Below the pieces are notes generated by a model. That model saw nothing but the letters and a program-made list of their open reading frames with translations, was not told the DNA's origin and did not search any database. The position numbers and the translations under genes were made by a program. A stretch of 64,000 nt of DNA from positions 33,730,001-33,794,000 of the forward strand of contig NC_087245.1 of assembly GCF_037042905.1 (NCBI RefSeq). Direction: 5' to 3'. This document shows, piece after piece, positions 60,001 to 64,000 of this stretch (within the stretch, counting starts at the first letter, position 1; every line of letters starts with the position of its first letter). This DNA is from Lytechinus pictus (Eukaryota).

Positions 60001-61083
60001 CCAATCATAAATTCATTTTTTTTTACTTAGCACGAGACTGGTCCGGATCAGCGAGTTACTGAATAAAGGGGTATAAGGGATCCACGTGTCGATCCTACCG
60101 CCACAAACATTATGACGAATAACTTTGCATCCGCAAGTCACTTTTCAAACAAACTTAAGTTGTAGATGTCCTTGGGTACCGGAAAGCTATGTGTGCAGTC
60201 GGAGCTAGGTAACATGGTAAGGTCATAGGTCATTTTAAGTCAAACGTTAAAATCTACCTGCAAGACTCTCGTGACACGTAATTCTGCAACAGTGTCTCAC
60301 TTTTCAACCTAACAGTGGTTGGAGATGAACTAGAGGACCTGCAGGTTTGTTATAGTGTAATCTGAGGTCACATGGTAACGTCAAAGGTCATTTCTAGTCA
60401 AACGTTGAATTCACCTGCAAGACTCTCTTATGACACTTAACTTTACAACCACGCTCTGCTACTGTGTCTCACTTTTCAACCAAATTTAGGTTGTATAGAT
60501 GTACTAACGGGACCGACATACGTTATGGTGCAATACAGAGCAATGTTTTATACATAGCAATGTTTTCCCGGCTTTCAGCCAGGAGGTCAAATGTCATTTC
60601 AGGTCAAATGTTAAAGTTTACGTGCGAGACTCTCTTATGATGCATAACTCTGCAACCATGTCTCACTTTTCAACCAAACTTGGGTTGTAGATGCACTAGT
60701 ACGTGACCTACGTGTATGGTACAGCCAGAGGTCACATGGTAAGGTCAAAGGTCATTTCAGGTCAATCTTTAAAGTTTACCTGCAAGACTTTCGTATGACA
60801 AATAACTTGTCAACCGTCACTCACTTTTAACTGAACTAGGGTTGTATGCACTAAAGGGATCTGCATACACGATGCCGTAGGAGTTCATGTAACAAGGTCG
60901 AAGGTCAATTGAGTTCATATGTAAAAGTTGTTTTGAAATGTTGAGTTTTCCTTTTCTCTAAATTACACTTAGTAGGTGTGAATATCCAACTCCTCCCCTT
61001 TTATGGTATTTATCTATCCACGTTTAAAAGAAAACGACACAATCATGACATTTCCTAAGGAATTTTATGGAACGGTGACTCAC

Positions 61084-61206
61084 CACATAAACCTTTAAAA
61101 TATCTGATAGCGTTGAGGAGAAGAATAAGGCTTCATACGATGCCCAAATTTCTGTTTCAATTTGGTTATTCCATTGGCCCAGGAGTTCAGTCATCTTTTC
61201 AACAAC
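61084..61206 (-). CDS. Upstream exon of the VPS9-domain gene (VVEKMTELLGQW...YEALFFSSTLSDILKVYV); may extend to 61441 with two nonsense codons
   Basis: Strong donor GTG|GTGAGT in phase 0 matches the phase-0 acceptors at 46264/45147/43994; joined peptide EALFFS..L..ILKVYV|LAYDAE resembles the VPS9D1 segment E.PFFSPLWPLLLALYR. Confidence 0.55.
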
Positions 61207-62219
61207 CTGATATCCAATTAAGAAAATCATGAAATCATGGCAGTTATATTCAATTGGGTCATATACAATCGGCAATTGGGTAATATATGAGTCAGAAAAA
61301 TGTCCCATAACTTGAAGTTATGAACATTTAATCATTGATTTATTGATATGTCCTGGTATAGACTTATCCTCTCTGCATAATTTATGTTGGTACCATTTTC
61401 ATAAGGATCTTTGCAGGAATGACTGACTACGAGACAATGTCCTAAAGGTCGTAAAATTTCAGTTGCGCCAAGTTGCTGGTGAAGATGAAAAACAAGTTAT
61501 TGCATGCAGAAAGACACCCATCATTCTAACCCTCGGACACATGACACATTACCTCTATCGCCCACACACATTCACCCATCCATTCATACTCCCTCCCCTA
61601 CCCACAACGCTTTCTAAATACTTCATGAACTCTTCATATAGCAGTGTTTAAATTTCGTAATTTTCTCTATAATCTCATTGGTTATTGGTCTTTCGTTGAT
61701 CAGAAACGGCCGTTGCCCCATTGTTTAGCTTCAAAATGGCATGTCTGGTATGGAGGCACTTACCTAAGTTGAGCCCTTCACAAGTGTGGGTGGGTGTGTG
61801 GGAGATGTCGTGTGTGAGCCTGGTGATGTGTTGTTTAAGGGTGTGTAACGGTAGGTGTCTTTCTGTCTGCTTTGTTTCATTCTTTACCCAACAACTTGGC
61901 GCAACTGCGATTTTACGTACTTCTCTTTTTATACATATAAATATATATATATACACACACACACAAACACCTCACACGCATACCCGCTCACACACACGCA
62001 CACATGTATATATGGTTTTCTTTCGGCACTATTGCTTTTATAGGGGAAATAAATTAGTTCAAATTAGGCTTAGGCTCATAGTTGATTCATTTGAATAAAC
62101 TTACGGTGGACATCACCTTTAATTATAACTACCTCACAGCTCCCACATGATCTGATGGACTCGGCGACTATTTAGTGGTAATAGAATATTATGAAATAAG
62201 GACCATTATATTTGCTTAC

Positions 62220-62330
62220 CTCTGAGAAGTGACTCCTTATTTTGAAGGTAGTGGTTTGGGCGCAAGATTGATAATTCGTTAATGATGAAAACCAGTCCTT
62301 AGCTCCAGATGAGCGACGTTGCTTTGATTT
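62220..62330 (-). CDS. Candidate further upstream exon (unassigned)
   Basis: tactAG|AAATCA ... GAG|GTAAGC, 111 nt open in phase 0; no recognisable homology. Similar minus-strand GTAAG donors near 62104 and 63756. Confidence 0.25.
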
Positions 62331-62999
62331 CTAGTATAAGCATATATAATTAGGAAACATCACTCTTATTCAATAATATACACATTTTCATTTACTGTAA
62401 GAATTTAAAAAATGTAGTCATAGTCTGAAAAAAGTCTTAAAGTTGGAAAATGTTTTCATTAAAAGATTAGTAAGTTGCGCTTTCAAGTGAAAGTTTTGAT
62501 TGTTGCAGGTGCTACATGTTATTTAAAAATGGCCCTTTCATCTAGTTATTTTTACCTACATTGTTTTGAACAATAATAGTAATAATAATAATCCGCGTTT
62601 ATATAGCGCTTAACACATCGGAACGACGTCACTAATCGCTTTGCAGAAATATTATTATCACCCCGGTCATCGGATCCTTGCATGCCCGCATACAATGTAT
62701 GTACCTTCTCCACTCCCTGGGGAGCATTCCAACAAGAGTTCCAAGACCAATTGCTAAGCGTACTACATAGGCTTTCACATTATACCAGGTACCCATTTAA
62801 CACCTGGGTGGAGAGTGGCAAATTGTAGATTGACGCCATGCCAAAGGACGCTAGGCCAAGGTGGGATTCGAACTCACGACCCTCTGATTACAAGGCAAGA
62901 GTCAGAACCGCTACACCACGGCGCTTCCAAAGAGTGCATTTTCATGAAAGCTGTTGTAAATTTTAGAATTAAAATGCATTGTATTTCTTCCATTTTTCC

Positions 63000-63490
63000 T
63001 TCTCAAAGGAAAAGGAACGAAGGGGGAGAAAGGGAAGGGAAAAGGGAAAGGGAGAGAAAAGGATAAGGGAAGAAAGGAGCGGAACAAGAAGAAAAGGTAG
63101 GAGAGGAAAAGGGAAAAGAAAAGGAACGAAAGGGAAGGGAGAAAAAAGAGAAAAATATAAAAGGAAAGGAAGGGAAATGCGAGAGAAAAACAGAAGAAAA
63201 ACAAGGGGAAAAGAGAGAAAGAAAAAAAGGGGAGAGAAAAAGAGAAGGATATAGCGAAAAAGTGAAGAGAGAGAAGAACATTTTAAGGCGAGAGAAGGTA
63301 GAGGAGAGAGAAAAGGAAGGGAAAAGAAGAGAAGGAAATGAAAGAAAAGGGAAAGGGGAAGGAATGGATACGATTAGAAAAAGGGAGAAGAAAGGGGACG
63401 AAAAAATAGAAAGTGAAGGAAAAAATAGGAATGGGATAGGAAAAAAGGGGAAAGCGACAAATAAAGATGGGAAGAAAGAGGCCCAAGGAG
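63000..63490 (+). repeat. Purine-rich (GA) low-complexity tract; pyrimidine-rich counterpart at 59470-59690
   Basis: Direct reading. Confidence 0.9.
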
Positions 63491-63569
63491 AAGTGGACCC
63501 CCCCAAAAAAAAAAGTTTTTCTTTTAGTGATGAGCTCTTGCTTCTGCTTTTTTCCAATCTGTTGAATGG

Positions 63570-63712
63570 AAACTCGAAATGTAGACTTGAAACTCAAACT
63601 GTTGACTTGAAACTCCAAAGTTAGACTTGAAACTCGAACTGTTGACTTGAATCTCGAAATTTAGACTTGAAACTCGAACTTTTGACTTGAAACTCAAAAT
63701 GCAGACTCGAAA
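63570..63712 (+). repeat. ~20-bp minisatellite (gacttgaaactc core)
   Basis: gacttgaaactc(g/a)aa repeated about 6-7 times. Confidence 0.85.
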
Positions 63713-64000
63713 CGCGAAGAAATATAACACTTTCAGAACTGAATCACCCAACTTACCAGCCTTGGTCTCGGTGCAGTATGTTCGGATAAAAAGTTTATTG
63801 AGGTTTGATTGCATGTATCCAGCACTTCAAGAATCAGAGAATGATGTGCCATCTTCATGGTGATATCGCTCTGCAATTTCTTCAACAAAGTGAAAAAATA
63901 AGAGATAGGTTTGGCTTTTGAGCTTACAGTTTCTGAAGATTCAAATTCACGTGTTTGGAAAATGAAAACAAATTAATTTCAGCGATTATCTGAGTCTTAA

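Noticed and set aside
61675..62098. ORFs and a GTAAG donor near 61763 as VPS9-gene exons
   Set aside because: They lie largely inside an inverted-repeat element (~61449-61917) and CA-rich sequence; the phase does not fit the 61206 or 61441 acceptors in the open frame.
62815..63814. Multiple K/R/E-rich and F/S/L-rich ORFs
   Set aside because: They arise from the GA-rich low-complexity tract, a SINE and the 20-bp minisatellite.

Overview
Eukaryotic, AT-rich, repeat-laden genomic DNA. The repeat style suggests a marine invertebrate such as a sea urchin, but that is inference only. The + strand carries the last 20 coding exons of a mitochondrial presequence protease gene (PITRM1, 4543-39599). 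All introns are GT-AG, all phases join, and the spliced length is 2397 nt (798 aa plus stop); the N-terminal exons with the HXXEH motif lie upstream of the window. Convergent with it on the - strand is a VPS9-domain (VPS9D1-like Rab GEF) gene or decaying gene (42808 to at least 61206). Its large internal exon is present in three diverged tandem copies sharing the same phase-0 acceptor. Introns and intergenic DNA hold Kolobok-, piggyBac-, Harbinger-, hAT- and Helentron-type non-autonomous elements, tRNA-derived SINEs, RTE LINE relics and an intron-containing hAT transposase relic. Most notable: (i) at least 31 TACATGTA palindromes that behave like Tc1/mariner excision footprints, shown by a filled/empty comparison; (ii) the triplicated VPS9 exon array; (iii) a ~138-bp tandem repeat in the PITRM1 3'UTR apparently built from the stop-codon region; (iv) a ~780-bp triplet repeat with (CAG)63 that is the expanded tail of an RTE LINE; (v) a multi-level nest of transposons inside one LINE. 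No prokaryotic systems, CRISPR arrays, rRNA or bona fide tRNA genes were found. All coordinates, counts and family assignments were made by eye, without database searches.
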